The notes beneath the pieces were generated by a model. It had not been told where the DNA came from, ran no database searches, and saw only the letters and a program-made list of their open reading frames with translations. Below, piece after piece: positions 1 to 12,326 of a stretch of 48,964 nucleotides of DNA (positions within the stretch are counted from its first letter, which is position 1; every line of letters starts with the position of its first letter). Both the position numbers and the translations under genes were made by a program. The stretch spans positions 186,001-234,964 of the forward strand of contig WELA01001079.1 of NCBI GenBank assembly GCA_009602735.1. The letters are read 5' to 3'. This DNA is from Mesotaenium endlicherianum. Lineage: Eukaryota.

Positions 1-659
1 TAAACTCTTAAGTGTAAGAGAAGAACAGTCTTCAAAGAAAGCGTGTGTGCAAGATTTATGCTAAGTGTTTCTTTTGCTATAGGTCTGTGTGGCCTTGTCT
101 ATGTGACCAGCTAAGTCTGTGTGATTTGAGGAGAAAAGAAGCTCTCTGAGCTTAGAAAAGGTGCGGTAAGAAGGAGAGATGGATGAAGAGGATTTCCAAC
201 AAAGGAAACCTGTAAGAAGGCGTCGCGGATCTAAGCAAACAGAATCTCCGTCAAGCTAATCAAAATCACCTTATCCCAAGCATCACAGGCTATGGTAGGA
301 TCATGTGGTCACAAGCTATTACGTAGAACGTAGTGGTATGTATATGATGCAAATTTGTCTACAGGTTCATAATGCAGGTGGCCACATTATGGGTGAGGGA
401 ACAACACGTTCTCCTGTTGTAGGCTAGATTAGCATGACAAAAATCGTATGTAAATGTTATATATTATAAAACAGACATGTACATGAGACATACAAAGTGC
501 ACACATAAGCCTTATAACGGTGTAAAATCTATATGTCTATATATTTATATTATTAGCGCTTATAGGCAATGGCAATTTTGCATCTTTGCATGTGCGATGG
601 CATGACTCCAACTCAACAAGATGGTAGATAGGATGCTCAGCAAGTATGGTTGAGACAAT

Positions 660-863
660 CCCATGCGAGGGTGGAAACATCAACATTGCAAGGAAGATGG
701 ACAAAAGCCCAGTCTGAGGTTGGTTTTCCATCTATGACATTGTGGGTGTACAGTCTACTTGGCACAGAGATGCAATGACCAACTGTACTCGAGTTGGATG
801 AGTGACACAGAATCGTAGCTGGAAAACATATGCACCTGGTGGAATGTTACCTGAGTGACCTGG
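660..863 (+). pseudogene. Possible remnant of a LINE apurinic-like endonuclease N-terminus
   Basis: One frame reads GNINIARKMDKSPV*GWFSIYDIVGVQSTWHRD, resembling the EEP pattern wNin...yDIi.lqETW. It is short, has a stop, and is followed by the solo LTR at 869. Confidence 0.3.
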
Positions 864-868
864 TCAGC

Positions 869-1372
869 TGTAGTCATTTGAGTTATTATATATTAGTATG
901 CATATATTTTAATGTTTTCAAATATATTTGGAGTAGTATTGTGTGGAGTCAAGTGTGAATAGGTACTCTAGAAACTTGGTTCATGTCCTTTGAACCTTCC
1001 AAGGCATTTTCAAAGTTAGAGGAAAGACTTAGAAGAACTCCATGTGGCAAACGTCAGATGTACCATTTTTAGGTCAAAAGGACATGTGTACATTATTCTA
1101 GAAAGAGGTGGCAAGTTTTGGGATGTGTTGGGTGCCAACACATCAACATACACCTTCCTAGAAAATTACTTATGTAGCAAGTATATAAACAAGAGCTAGA
1201 ACATAGAAAGACATTCTAGAATCACTCTTGTACTTGCCAAAATCCAGAAATATATTAACTTTCAAGAAGCCATCTCTCATTCAAGAAGCTACCACTTGTG
1301 TTCAAAGATCCTTGTCTTGAATAGATAAAGTATTCTGTTTTACTAAGTACTTTATCTATCTGTGTCACTATA
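869..1372 (+). mobile_element. Solo LTR, family A (504 bp)
   Basis: Starts TGTAGT and ends ACTATA (mutated ACTACA). Perfect 5-bp TSD TCAGC at 864-868 and 1373-1377. Aligns end to end with 11826-12326. Confidence 0.9.
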
Positions 1373-3392
1373 TCAGCGTTTTTGACCTTGCAGTCAAAGT
1401 TGATTACTCTACCGTACGCTAAACGTCGACGGAAACCTCCAAGATACTAGGTCAGTCCACTATTTTTGTGGGTGCGCCACCACCGTCTTGTTGAGGTGGC
1501 ATTCACTCGACAATATTGGTGGATTCTTGCACGGCAGGTGGCCAATGAAAGTGAATCGTAGCTTGTCCGGAGGAGAACAATTCATGTGCACCTAAATTGA
1601 ATCATGTTTCCCAGCCAAAAATATGGTGGAAACGGCCGGACCGGCTATCTAAACGTCGCCGATATCGGCCGTTTTGCCCGTCGACCTTTCTCAGCGTGGG
1701 GACGGGTGGTGGCCCTGAAGGAAAAAATTTGGAGCAACTCTTTTTTTTGGGGACAATATGTGCCAAAAGATGCCGACAATATGCTGATCCTGGCCAGGTT
1801 AGCGACCAACAGAGGCTAGTTCGAAGGTCATCAACAGAACCTTCTTGGACAAATGAAATATGCTCTAAACACGAGTTTCTCTTTGTCGCACGAATAAAGT
1901 GAAGTCTAGGGACGGGTCTTGGACTTCGTCCAAAGAGACATCACAATGAGAGCGGTCTGTGAGCTTGACTTTGAAAGTATTTATACTTGCCACCGCGAGC
2001 CATCTCAGTACGCTTGGCACTCCTGCGACACCTATGTTAGGAGGTTGTGACAGCACAATTGAACCTGTTGAACGTGACAACCCAAAAGGTGTACCTCTTC
2101 ACGTGACATGTGAAAGGAGTCAAATCTCTCTTGAGGACGTTTCGTTATGACTCTTCGCTTATGCCAGAAGCCTCATGACTTTACGAAGGTGTCATAGTGC
2201 CTCTTGGTGATATTTAACATATCCATAATATTCATACATCCATAATATATATTATATCGCGCGCTATGTATGTATGTTTTATTCTTGATAATATAAAATA
2301 CTACGTTATGTACTTGTGTATTATACTTGATAATACAATGTGTATTGCGAAATCAATCGGTGGCTCCCTTGGGCCACTTTTGAAGGTGTTTCCTTACAGG
2401 TTAATGACTTGTCCTTAACTGAAATCAATGACGTTTATTATTCAAAATAATGAAAGTCAGACTAAATTACTTAATCATCGATTCATTAAGTTATTTCTTA
2501 ATTAGTCATGAAGCTAGCGTTATCATTAAGTATGTCGTACCATTGCAAAGTAATCGAGTTACTTCACGATGCTTTTTGCAATAGCATCTTCGTCGTTTTG
2601 CCAGTCGACCAGGAACAAGTTGGACACATTTGTGTCGATTAGTTCACCAAGATGCAATCAATCATCAATCAATATATAGTTAAATTATACAACCTTTTTC
2701 AGGTAATCAAAAAAACGTCCCAAATACGCCTCAAAATCTCAGATCGTTACTGTATATAGCGGTAGGTGTCACCATTTGTCTAATTGAAATGAAGGTGGAT
2801 TGCCTGTCACATCTGTACCCAAGTTGTCACTTTCCCTCATTGAACTGTCACCTTCCCCTTGAACTTAAAATTGAAATAGGACCTCCTGTAAGCTGTCCAT
2901 GTGCACTAAAATGACAGCTAAAGTGGTGTACCAGCTAATGTAACGTGTCTACATTTCTAAAGGATCATTCCTCGGTATTTGAAGAAAAGTTGATTACTTG
3001 ATGGAAAAATCAACAACAACTTTGCATATTTCTAGTGCTTGAGACTATGAGAAAAAGAACGTAAAGTCGTAGGATGCGTGTTGTGAGAATTGCACTCAAA
3101 GTGACTCTTGCAAGTATGTCTACTTGCAGAACATGAGGCACTGGAGTGCTTCGTGTCACCAGCTAGGGCACTGGTTCATGTTCAACAAAAAAAGGCGAAG
3201 GGGTATAATCGGTTTGGTTGAATGCTCGTAACGCGTCGTTTGGCCTTTTGGAGACTTTTCACGGCGTCCGAAAAACCGTTTCGTGCCAAAAGGGCGTTAT
3301 CGTGTTCACGCGACTTCCCGAAAAAGTCGCAATTGTTCGGTCGGTTGTGTACATGTACGTCTGACATTGACCGGGAATTTATAGAAAAAATT

Positions 3393-3456
3393 TGGCCTAT
3401 TGGTCAAGTGTGAACGTTTCAAACGAAGGACGAGGGTTCGAATTCCTCCGGGTACA
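3393..3456 (+). other. tRNA-derived (pseudo-tRNA or SINE-head-like) sequence
   Basis: A-box-like TGGCCTATTGG and a T-arm GAGGG-TTCGAAT-TCCTC containing a B box. No acceptor stem and no normal anticodon loop. Confidence 0.4.
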
Positions 3457-4119
3457 AAGTAACTTTGTAATTTCAATTTCATTTGAAGTACGACTTTTGT
3501 GGGATTACGCTAACGCAATCGAGAGGTCGCGGGTTTGACTCTGGCCAGTGACCCCCTTGGGTCACCGGTTCGGGCTTTTGTTTGGTTTAACGATCGTCAT
3601 TTAGTTGACACATTGTGACACTCGTTGTCCAAAATTATGAAAGTCATAATAAGTTAATTAATCCTTACTTGATTAACTCAATCGCTTGTAATCACTCAAA
3701 GTAACTTTATGATTATTTACTATAGTCTTTTGCAAAGTATCAAAGATACGTTGTATGCTGGTCGTTTTGGCAATCAAAAAGAATTAGTCGGCACACGTGT
3801 GTGGCGAGAAATTCGTCAACTGCAACCTTTCATCAATTCAAAAGTATAACGTATTTTAGGAAATTAGAAAAACATCCTATATATGCCTAAAACGCTCGGA
3901 TTGTTGCACTTTTCCCCCCTTACAAGAACCTAACGTCCGCGTTAAGGTAGCCTTTAAGTTTTAATGTTTCGAAAGTGTAATGTTAGGAAGTTAGGAAAAC
4001 ATCCTAGATATGCCTAAAAAGCTCAGATCGTGACATATTATGGACGGACTCAGAGTGAACCGAGCTCGTACTTGATCACCACTGCAAGGTACAAGCTACG
4101 CGAGTATTTTTAAACTCGG

Positions 4120-5689
4120 TGCCAGTCCTCAATTCCTTTGCTAGGCCTTCTCATCAATTTTGGCCACCTGCTTGCTGAGCGCCAAATTGGTACACTCAAA
4201 GTGCAAGCAAATATTTGAAGCTTTACCAAATCAATTAGCAAACGAATCAAATGTTGAAAAGAATCTTGCTTATTCAAGATTAATACATTTCATTTAAATA
4301 TAAAAGATCAGAGATAGGTGGAAGCGTGTGAAATCAGGGAGCGATCTTCGCCCTTATAATGAATCCCGTTTACTCATCTATAACCCTTGACTCACTTATC
4401 GTAGTGTGCCATAGTTGCACACGAATACAAGGCACAAGAAAGAGGCGAGCTTGAGGACTAGAGCTTCTCCTTTAGAAACTCCTGACCCTTTGCCTACCAG
4501 GCATACAAGCATGTGTAAGCACATACACAACATCAGGGGACTGAATAGCAAAGGCGCTCTCATTCAGATGATCATAAAGTAGCTCAAACACATCCCACTG
4601 ACTTAGGTGCAAAAACCATGGAATCTGTCCGCTGTGTGACCCCGAAATGTCAGAGGGCATAAGTCTGTCAATACTACTCCAACTTGAGCAAAATTAACGG
4701 CAACGGATGCATCTTGACGAGGCCTTTCCGAAAAGTCCTAGTTCGCTCCAGATGGAGCGCAAACAAAGCAACCATGGCAATTTCCGTGAAGGCTGGTCAT
4801 TAGAACGAACCCAAAAAGTGCACACATCACTTACAAGTAGAAATCCGACTGTAAAGCCTACTGTCCAGCATCCGGGACCACGAGACCCCAGCCTGCTATG
4901 TACCTAGTGACCACCTGGTTGACCACGGCGCAAGGTGCGCCGTTTCATGGGAACCCGTTAAGTTGGGACCCACGGATCTAGGTATAACGATCATATGAAT
5001 TGGTCGGTTGACTGAAGTCCTAACTGTTCAGTTGACTGACGACGGCTCCGCCTACCCAGGAGTTAACCACACTGGTAGGACATCGGTATACCGAATCTCC
5101 GTCGACCTCCTGACTTTCAGTATACTACGATCACATGTGCAAATCTACAAATAACAATCTGAATGAATATGTTTATCCTCAGCGTACTGAAGCTAAGTAT
5201 ATTGACTAATATCAAGCGAGCTTACTATATGTCAACCTACTGATAATATATCGTGTATATAACTGATATATAAATCTCAGGAAACTATGCTATGATACAA
5301 AAGTCATCCTGTTCACCTTTTTGACAAAGTAAGTAAACTCGCATTACATCGACATACATTCATTTAGATGAACTCGCACATGTGAGTATATAGACATAAT
5401 ACTTATTTAGTGTTATATTTACATATGCAATTAATTAGATAAATAATGAACTGATTCATTACAAATGTGGAGGAGGAAATGCATACTTATTCTCTCCAGA
5501 CCAATCCACAGTAAAACAATGAACTGTCTCAAGTTTGGGATAAGGTAAGATAGCATTGAACTTGTGCACCTGCTTGTTGGCAGGTGTAGCGAACCTGTCA
5601 ATGGAGTGGGGTCCAAACATTCTACCCACCATCATAGATGCCTCTCTTGATAGCTTATAATAATCCTTCTTCACATGCTTCGGATTCAT
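4120..5689 (-). pseudogene. DIRS N6-adenine methyltransferase (Dam-like) domain split by a solo LTR
   Basis: Removing 4255-5463 and one AATGT TSD joins ...WSGENKYAFPPPH in frame to LIRLLIDLVKLQIFACTLSVPIWRSASRWPKL, matching the PP.lI...tLv.P.W.sa.WwP.L pattern. Confidence 0.8.
4255..5463 (-). mobile_element. Solo LTR, family B (1209 bp)
   Basis: TG...CA ends. Perfect TSD AATGT at 4250-4254 and 5464-5468. Homologous to 40707-42018 and 45637-~46892; orientation taken from the PBS and PPT of that element. Confidence 0.93.
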
Positions 5690-5818
5690 GTGTAGTTGGT
5701 GGTTAGGGGTATGTGTAGTTGGTGGTTAAGGCATCCATTATATTCCTATTGGGATCGATTTTTTCCTGGACCTTTCAAAAAACGTCATGCTTAGCTGCTG
5801 CACATCTTCTTTCTGAGC

Positions 5819-6207
5819 CCTAGTTTCAAAATACTTGCCTATCGGCTTAGCTTGCCGTACCAATACTCAGTATCGCGTACGTATACGTATCAAAAAAAAA
5901 CTTTGAGAGTTTATGATCCATTTTTTAACTAAACACCTGATTAAGATTTTCCCCTCCACAGGCATATGGTTGACACGAGTTTCTTCTTGACCATCTACTT
6001 TTGACACGCTCGTCATTCTCCACCTAATGTGATAGACGAAATTTACAAATTTCAAACTTTCCAAAAGTTACAGCCGCAAATAAGTTCATACTAAGTTCAC
6101 ACGCTTGGCGTGTTTTGGCGTATTTTACGTATAATATTGGCACACCCGTGTATACGTATCCGTACAAGTCGTGTCCGTACAGGCCGTCTCCGTATTTTTA
6201 AACTAGG
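5819..6207. mobile_element. MITE-like insertion (389 bp)
   Basis: Terminal inverted repeats CCTAGTTTCAAAATAC and GTATTTTTAAACTAGG match at 15/16. It interrupts the DIRS RNase H region. TSD not clearly preserved. Confidence 0.65.
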
Positions 6208-7199
6208 ACCTCAGCTCTAACTTCACTACTCCCTTAGAATCAGCTAGTTCTAATGAGTACATACTATCCTTCAAATATTTGTGTGTACAACGAAAGCCAC
6301 GAGGATCCTGTACAAGTCCCTCATCAAAGTGTCATCCAGTGCTTCTTCAAGGGGCTCACTTTCTAGCAATTAATCATCATATGGCGCCACCACTTCATGT
6401 CTTATCTTGCATATTTCATCCTTTGTCACATAGTAACGGGATTTCCTCCATCCACGTAGAAGCCATGGGGTTTGGGCTGGATTGCTCCACATAGTAGTTG
6501 TTAAATTTCTCAATTTGTTTTTGCAAAAATGCGTCTCATCCTTCACCTTGACAGTTAATTGCACTCTACTGTTCCAATCCGTTTTGGTTTTGAGAAGAAC
6601 AAACATCCTGTCTAGTGCACCAAAGTCTTTGTCAATGGCTAATTTCATAAAACTTATTTGCCCACCTACAGATGCTCGCTGCTTGGCCTACACATTTTCC
6701 TGCTCATTGTTTTTGTGCAACAGTTTGAGACCAGAGTCTGTTAGTTTCTTCTTCCTCTTTCTGATACTGTATACCATCATAATTCTAGATTCTATTTTTT
6801 TCCCCAAAAAGGAATGCAATTTTGTAACAAGTAGTTGAGCTTTCTCCATGTTTATCAAGCTACTTGTTAGCCTACTACCTTGCAACACCTTCTTTTGTAT
6901 TATGTCATGCTTCTATCTAGTTCTCCCTCAACATTCAACAAGGGCAAAGCTCCTTCAACTACAACGTGAAAAATAGGAGGACGATGTATTTGGCAATTGC
7001 GATGTAATGGCAGCTGTCCAGCCAATGAAGATCCTATTGAGTCGGCGAGAAAAAATAGGCAAAATGAGTTTAATTGAGTTACGAATGATATTGACTAATG
7101 AACGAAGGAGTAAATACAAATGTCAAAACTTGCCACATACGATTAGCGTAAATTGCGAAATTTGAGATTAGATGCAATCAAGTCCAAGAAGCGGTGTCT

Positions 7200-8110
7200 G
7201 AGTGGTACATGGACACCCAAACGTGTGGAAGCTGAATTGTTGAAGCTAAGGGCCAAGCTAGGGCTGTGAAACAAAGCTGTTTGAGTTTCAACATGTGCTC
7301 TGCTAGATGGGACCATTGGATAGCAATTTCATCGAAGACATGAGCATTGTTAAGGTCATTGCATTCAGCAGCAAGAACTTTGAGGATGATGAGGTGCTGG
7401 AGTACCTTGTACGGGAAGAACTAAAGCGCCTGCAAGAGAACGTGGTCATGTATTTAGCTCCACGCAACCGATTGTATTTGGTGAGGGTGAGAACGCTCTT
7501 CTATCAAGATTTTCCACAAGGGACTAAGAGTATGAAAATAAAGGGGCATTCTTCCAACTTACTATGCCCCGTGTATACCATACAGGTTGGAAAGAGAGAG
7601 GGGCGTGAAGAAGGAGCAGCTAAGAAGAGAGCATGGAGAATAGCCAATCAAGAGGTGCTGGATGAGACTTTTGGGAAGAGCACAAAGAGCGAGTGCTTGG
7701 CAGAGCTGAAGAGGTTAAAGCAAGTTCATACAGCGTCTCAAAAAAGGTTAGATGAAGTGGACAAAGACCACACAAACTATGGATGGAAGAAAAGTCCATT
7801 GGAGGAATTGCCCGGGTGGAATTGCATACTCCTGATGCCTTTGGAGCCCTTTCACTTGTTTGCACGGGGTACACTCTGATACCAATTTGGCCAAATATGA
7901 AAACCAAACAACGCTCAAGGAACTGAATCTACGCCCATCTCCGCTCAAAGCGTAGACGGATTTTTCCACGCTACGTGAGGCAAAGTGGATAATTTTTTCT
8001 CAGAAACAAGAGGCAAAAATGGTACATCAAATGGCAAATAAATCCCCACCTCTGAAGGTAAAAATATTCTTCGTTTCATGCAATTTGTACCACTCACCGA
8101 TTGTGAATTT
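7200..8110 (+). pseudogene. CMC/EnSpm (CACTA-superfamily)-like transposase remnant
   Basis: ORF 7307-7879 has FYQDFPQGTKSMKIKGHSSNLLCPVY (D.P...kgH...C..C pattern) and SPLEELPGWNCILLMPLEPFHLFARG (lp.fd...p.d.mH...G pattern). Weak coding similarity continues past stops to ~8110. No termini found; boundaries approximate. Confidence 0.65.
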
Positions 8111-10402
8111 ATTACAAATCCCTAAGTGTGGTCGTAGGTTCCATCTCCCTTGATTGCCACTAACGTGTCGTTTGTTGCTTACGTCAATGCTAGGTAGCCT
8201 AATAATGTTATGGTACTTACTCCATTTGTATTGGTCGCGCTCCGTGTCACATGCACAAACTTGAAATCAAAAAAAAAGTCACATAGCTGATTTCAAAAAG
8301 ATGTGAGCCTGTCAGATCGCCGATTTGCATTGATCAATCTGACCACTTGCGACGATTTCAAATCTGGTCGAGGTCGTCGAGAGTGATCAATTTGAAAAAT
8401 TGAGCCGGGAGTTGACTTTCGGACCCATGAAACACCACGGATTAATCCACATTTAAAACTGATGTTTTGAGAACATCCGAACGAGTTTGCGAGGAATTGC
8501 CCGGTAGTTTTGTAATTTTGTATCAACTCTCCGCCCGGATGGGTTACGAGAGGTGACTAGGGCCATCAAGCATAATTGACGGCCCTTGGGGGCTTAGCAT
8601 CCCCAACGAGCTAAGGTCTGCCGGTCCTAATGCCCGACAAGCTCCAGCGCCCTGACGAGCCTAAGCTCCGACGTGGTCCAGAGCCCTGATGGGCGTAACG
8701 CCTGACAGGCTCTAGAGCTTGACGGGCCTGGCGACCTTTGAGATTGTACTGGGGGGTTTGACAGAGACCACCATGTGGCACCTATATAGTTTGACTGACT
8801 CGGTTTGTCACTCACATGTGTGTAATCTCGAAGATTAACGATCAAAGTCTTAAAGCTATTTTGACACAATGTCAATAAAGTCGACAACTTCCAAAAGAAA
8901 GGGAGCCGTCGGCAAAAGTTGACTTTGGCCTTTTGTACTTCTGTAGGTGTGCTCTGATTGGTCAATCAAAACAAAACTGCATGCTTCACTCCGCTCTCAA
9001 GCGAAGAAATATCTTCGTTTAAAAGCGGGGGGGTTCCTTAAAGCACATCTCCATATACCATTCTCCCGCTCAAAAAAAGCAAAGGTTGGGTACTTCTCTG
9101 GCGCTGAATTTTCGTTCGGAGATGTGCAGTCTCCTCTAGACCACTTTCAGAGTGTATCAAAAAGGCGTTGGCGGGGAATGCATTGGGGACTGCGGCGCAT
9201 TGTGCTTGGACGCCTTTCAAGAAGATGGCGTTCAAAAACTGGGCCGACATGGTGAGGTTGAACAGAGGCAACAAGAAGGCCAAGAGAACCATATACGATC
9301 ACGGCACATACACGGCAATAGCATACATGGCCCTTGCACCCCTCATGCCTATTTTACTGCGCCCATTGGGTCATCCCAGGGTACAAACGCATGACACGGA
9401 ACAGGTCAACTTCAACATGAACAAGTACAAGAAGAGGCTAAAGGAAGAAGAGGCCAAAGGCAGTGAAGCTTTGGTTGAAGCTGTGCAACCTCATACAGAT
9501 TCGCTAAGAAAGCTCCCTTAGCGAGGGGTATGTTAACAAGATAAAGAGACTGGCAAAGGACTATCACAATGACTTAATTGAGGCATTTCCTGTGCAAGAG
9601 ATTGGCGCCGAGGAGGGAATCACCATGCACCTCAACGGTGCGAGTCACAACATGCATTAACTGCTGCATTACAGCTATGCCGTGAAGCAGTACAGCCCTG
9701 TGATTCTCTTGTGAGGCCACTCCTTCAATAGCCAACACAGGTTCGTGAAGAACAACATGCCGACTCTCAATAACACGCATTACCTAAACAGATCCCAGTG
9801 GCTGCTGTATAGGACTCTAGACAGCTTGTGCAAGATGGACATCTTGAGGGGCCACGGTTACGTAGTCACTCGACGCATGGAAATGGTCGTTCAACTGGTG
9901 GAGGCTCTGAGAATAACTAGTTTCTTGAGAAGACTTTGTGCTGTGGAAACTTATGCAGGGGAAGCAGAAACACACCCAATGCATAACAGCAAGCCCGGTA
10001 AACCTAAGGAGGTTTAGAAGCGGGTGCAGTTGGCCTGAGGCTTGCTTTGCCATGGGGCTATTGGCAACAAGTGATGCTCTTATAGATGCCTTCTTCATAT
10101 AGCATATTCTTGTTGAAGGCAACTTTAAGTCTACTGTGCACGCCACCGACATGGGTGAGAAATTTTGAGGCATGCGAAGTGGTGATGAATGATCCTCATT
10201 TGCGTTCTTGTGCACCAGGATACGGAAACATTGACACCGTTCTTGCATGGACTTGGCGCAAATTGGGATTAAGAAGCAGGGCATGGAGTGGAAATACTGC
10301 TCGCTCTTGGAATTTGACAAAGAGGTCCTGGGTGAGAGTCTCTGAGACGACAAGAATGGCCAGCTTCTCTTTGCCAAGGAATGGATCAATGAGCGCATAT
10401 AC

Positions 10403-10984
10403 ATGTGCAAGAAGGCTTCCAAGGGAAGGCCCAAGCCGACCTTCAAAGTTAATGATCACGTGTTGGTGGCCGCCAACGAATTAGCCAGAGGTGCTGAGAG
10501 AATGAACAGGCAGGTGAGAGTTACCAAAGTGGAAATACTGTTCGTGCACATTATGGACCTCATCTCTCATCCTATGGACAGGAAGGAGTATTTGGGACCC
10601 TTCAAGATTATGCAGCATGTCAACCCCATTGCTTTCAAGCTAAAACTTCCCCAAACTATGCACATTGACGCCATATTCCACGCTTCCCTCTTCAAGCCAT
10701 ATGTGCAACCTATTAACAAGTTCTGAGGACCAGTGACAACCCCACCAGCCCCAACAATAGTGAATGATCATTTGGAGTATGAAGTGGAAGCCATATTGGC
10801 TATGAGGAATTTTAAGAGGCAACAGCAATATCTCATCATGTCGAAAGGAAATCTAGGTTTGGAGAATGGTTGGGTGGCGGCGCAATACCTCGACAAAGTT
10901 CTCGGAAAGCTAAAATGCTTCTTTGCCGCCAACCCACATTTTGGACCAGCCCCAAGTCTCTCTACTAGGAGCCAGAAGGCTTGA
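10403..10984 (+). pseudogene. Gypsy integrase C-terminal GPY/F region plus chromodomain (family A element remnant)
   Basis: FKVNDHVLV...YLGPFKIMQHVNPIAFKLKLP...IFHASLFKPY followed by EYEVEAILAMRNFKRQQQYLIMSKG..ENGW; an internal stop separates the two parts. Confidence 0.88.
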
Positions 10985-11825
10985 GGGAGGTAGCCCGCCA
11001 CCATCAAGAAGCAGCAGAGACCCCTTGGAGGCAGCCTACAAGACCTGAAAGAAAGGCAAATTTGGCATTAGACACTCTTCTATTCTCGGAGTTTCTAGAC
11101 AGAAATTTGAAATTGCTGATAGGCATCTCCATATTAAATCTTGAGCTCTTACTTGGTTGTAGTCCAAAAATAGGTGGTTGTTTAGAATCTAAGTTCGCTC
11201 ACTTTAAAGCTATGGTAAGAGAGATGCAAATCTCTAAACAAAGTGGGATCAGGCCGTTGGCATTATTAGGGTAGAATGTGGCTTCTATTATTGTGCCCTT
11301 CTCTGAATTGGGAATGCTCTCAAACTCCTAGCTATGATAGAACACTTTATCGCGCCCATTTCAAGACTAATTTTACAAGATTTGAAGAAGTACTGAAGCG
11401 CTTAAGGTTTTCAAAAAAAATTACACCGATTGGAGGAGTGCCTTTTCATTCTGCTCTTCAGGGCACTCCAAAAGTTGAAAAGTTCTCAAATATGGTGAGT
11501 TGATGAATGTCTTTAATGTGCTTTATTTGGCACTAGGATTTTTAGATTTGAAGCAGCGTTGTGGACATTTGCAATTTTTGACTTCGTGGCAAATTCTGGG
11601 TAAACTTTTACTATTTTCCTTATCATCAAGGAGTAGGCTAGCCAATAAGGTCACACCACCCACGACCTTGCCTAGTCTACCTTACGTTTGTAGCTCCTAA
11701 ATTGGTCCTTTGACTAGTTTTCTTTACATGTGTGGCACCTGACTTAAAGTCTTTGACTAGTCCTCTCCACATGTGTAAGGCCTGACTTGACGCGCCGAGA
11801 CGTCGCTCTTGGGTCCGGGGAGTGA

Positions 11826-12326
11826 TGTAATGATGTGAGTTATAATGTATTAATTTGCTTCTATTTTAACGATTCTGAACATTTTGAAAGTAATTTTGTG
11901 AGGCTTCAAGTTTGAATAGATACTCTAGTGACTTGGTTCATGTCCTACCAACCTTTTGAGGCATTTTCAAAGTCAGAGGAAGAACCTAGAAAAAATCCGT
12001 GTGGCAAAAGTCAGATATGTCAATTTTGAGTCAAAAAATAATGTGTACATTATTCTAGAAAGAGGTGGCAAGTTTTGGGATGTGTTGGGTGCCAACTCAT
12101 TAATATGCACCTTCCTAGAAATTACCAACGTAGCAAGTATACAAACAAGAGCTAGAAAATAAAGAGGCATTCCAGTATCACTCTTGTACTTGCCAAATTC
12201 CAGAAGCATATTCGTAACATTTAAGAAGTCATCTCTCTTTGAAGAAGCTATCATTTGTGTTCAAAGATCCTTGTCTTGATTAGATGAAGTATTCTAGTTA
12301 GTAAGTGTTCTATTTGTTTCACTACA
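11826..12326 (+). mobile_element. 3' LTR of the family A element
   Basis: Ends TGTAATGA...TCACTACA. Preceded by the purine-rich tract GGGTCCGGGGAGTGA (11811-11825) downstream of the integrase-chromodomain. Homologous to 869-1372. No TSD. Confidence 0.85.

Larger units (their letters stand above)
4120..6890 (-). mobile_element. DIRS-type retrotransposon remnant (RT C-terminus, RNase H, methyltransferase-like domain), interrupted by a MITE and a solo LTR
   Basis: Minus-strand order: LINMEKAQLLVTKLHSFLGKKIES (6688-6888, RT C-terminus); KTDWNSRVQLTVKVKDETHF (6370-6648); DVQQLSMTFFERSRKKSIPIGI*WMP (~5740-5815, RNase H end); then GPHSIDRFATPAN...WSGENKYAFPP. This is the DIRS domain order. No tyrosine recombinase seen. 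Confidence 0.8.

Noticed and set aside
3393..3456. Functional tRNA gene
   Set aside because: No acceptor stem and no 7-nt anticodon loop.
7874..7884. Minus-strand PBS-like TGGTATCAGAG
   Set aside because: It falls inside transposase-like sequence that appears to continue on both sides, and no adjacent LTR was identified; likely chance.
869..12326. One full-length element bounded by the two family A LTRs
   Set aside because: The first LTR has its own TSD and no PBS after it, the copies are clearly diverged, and the outer flanks do not match.
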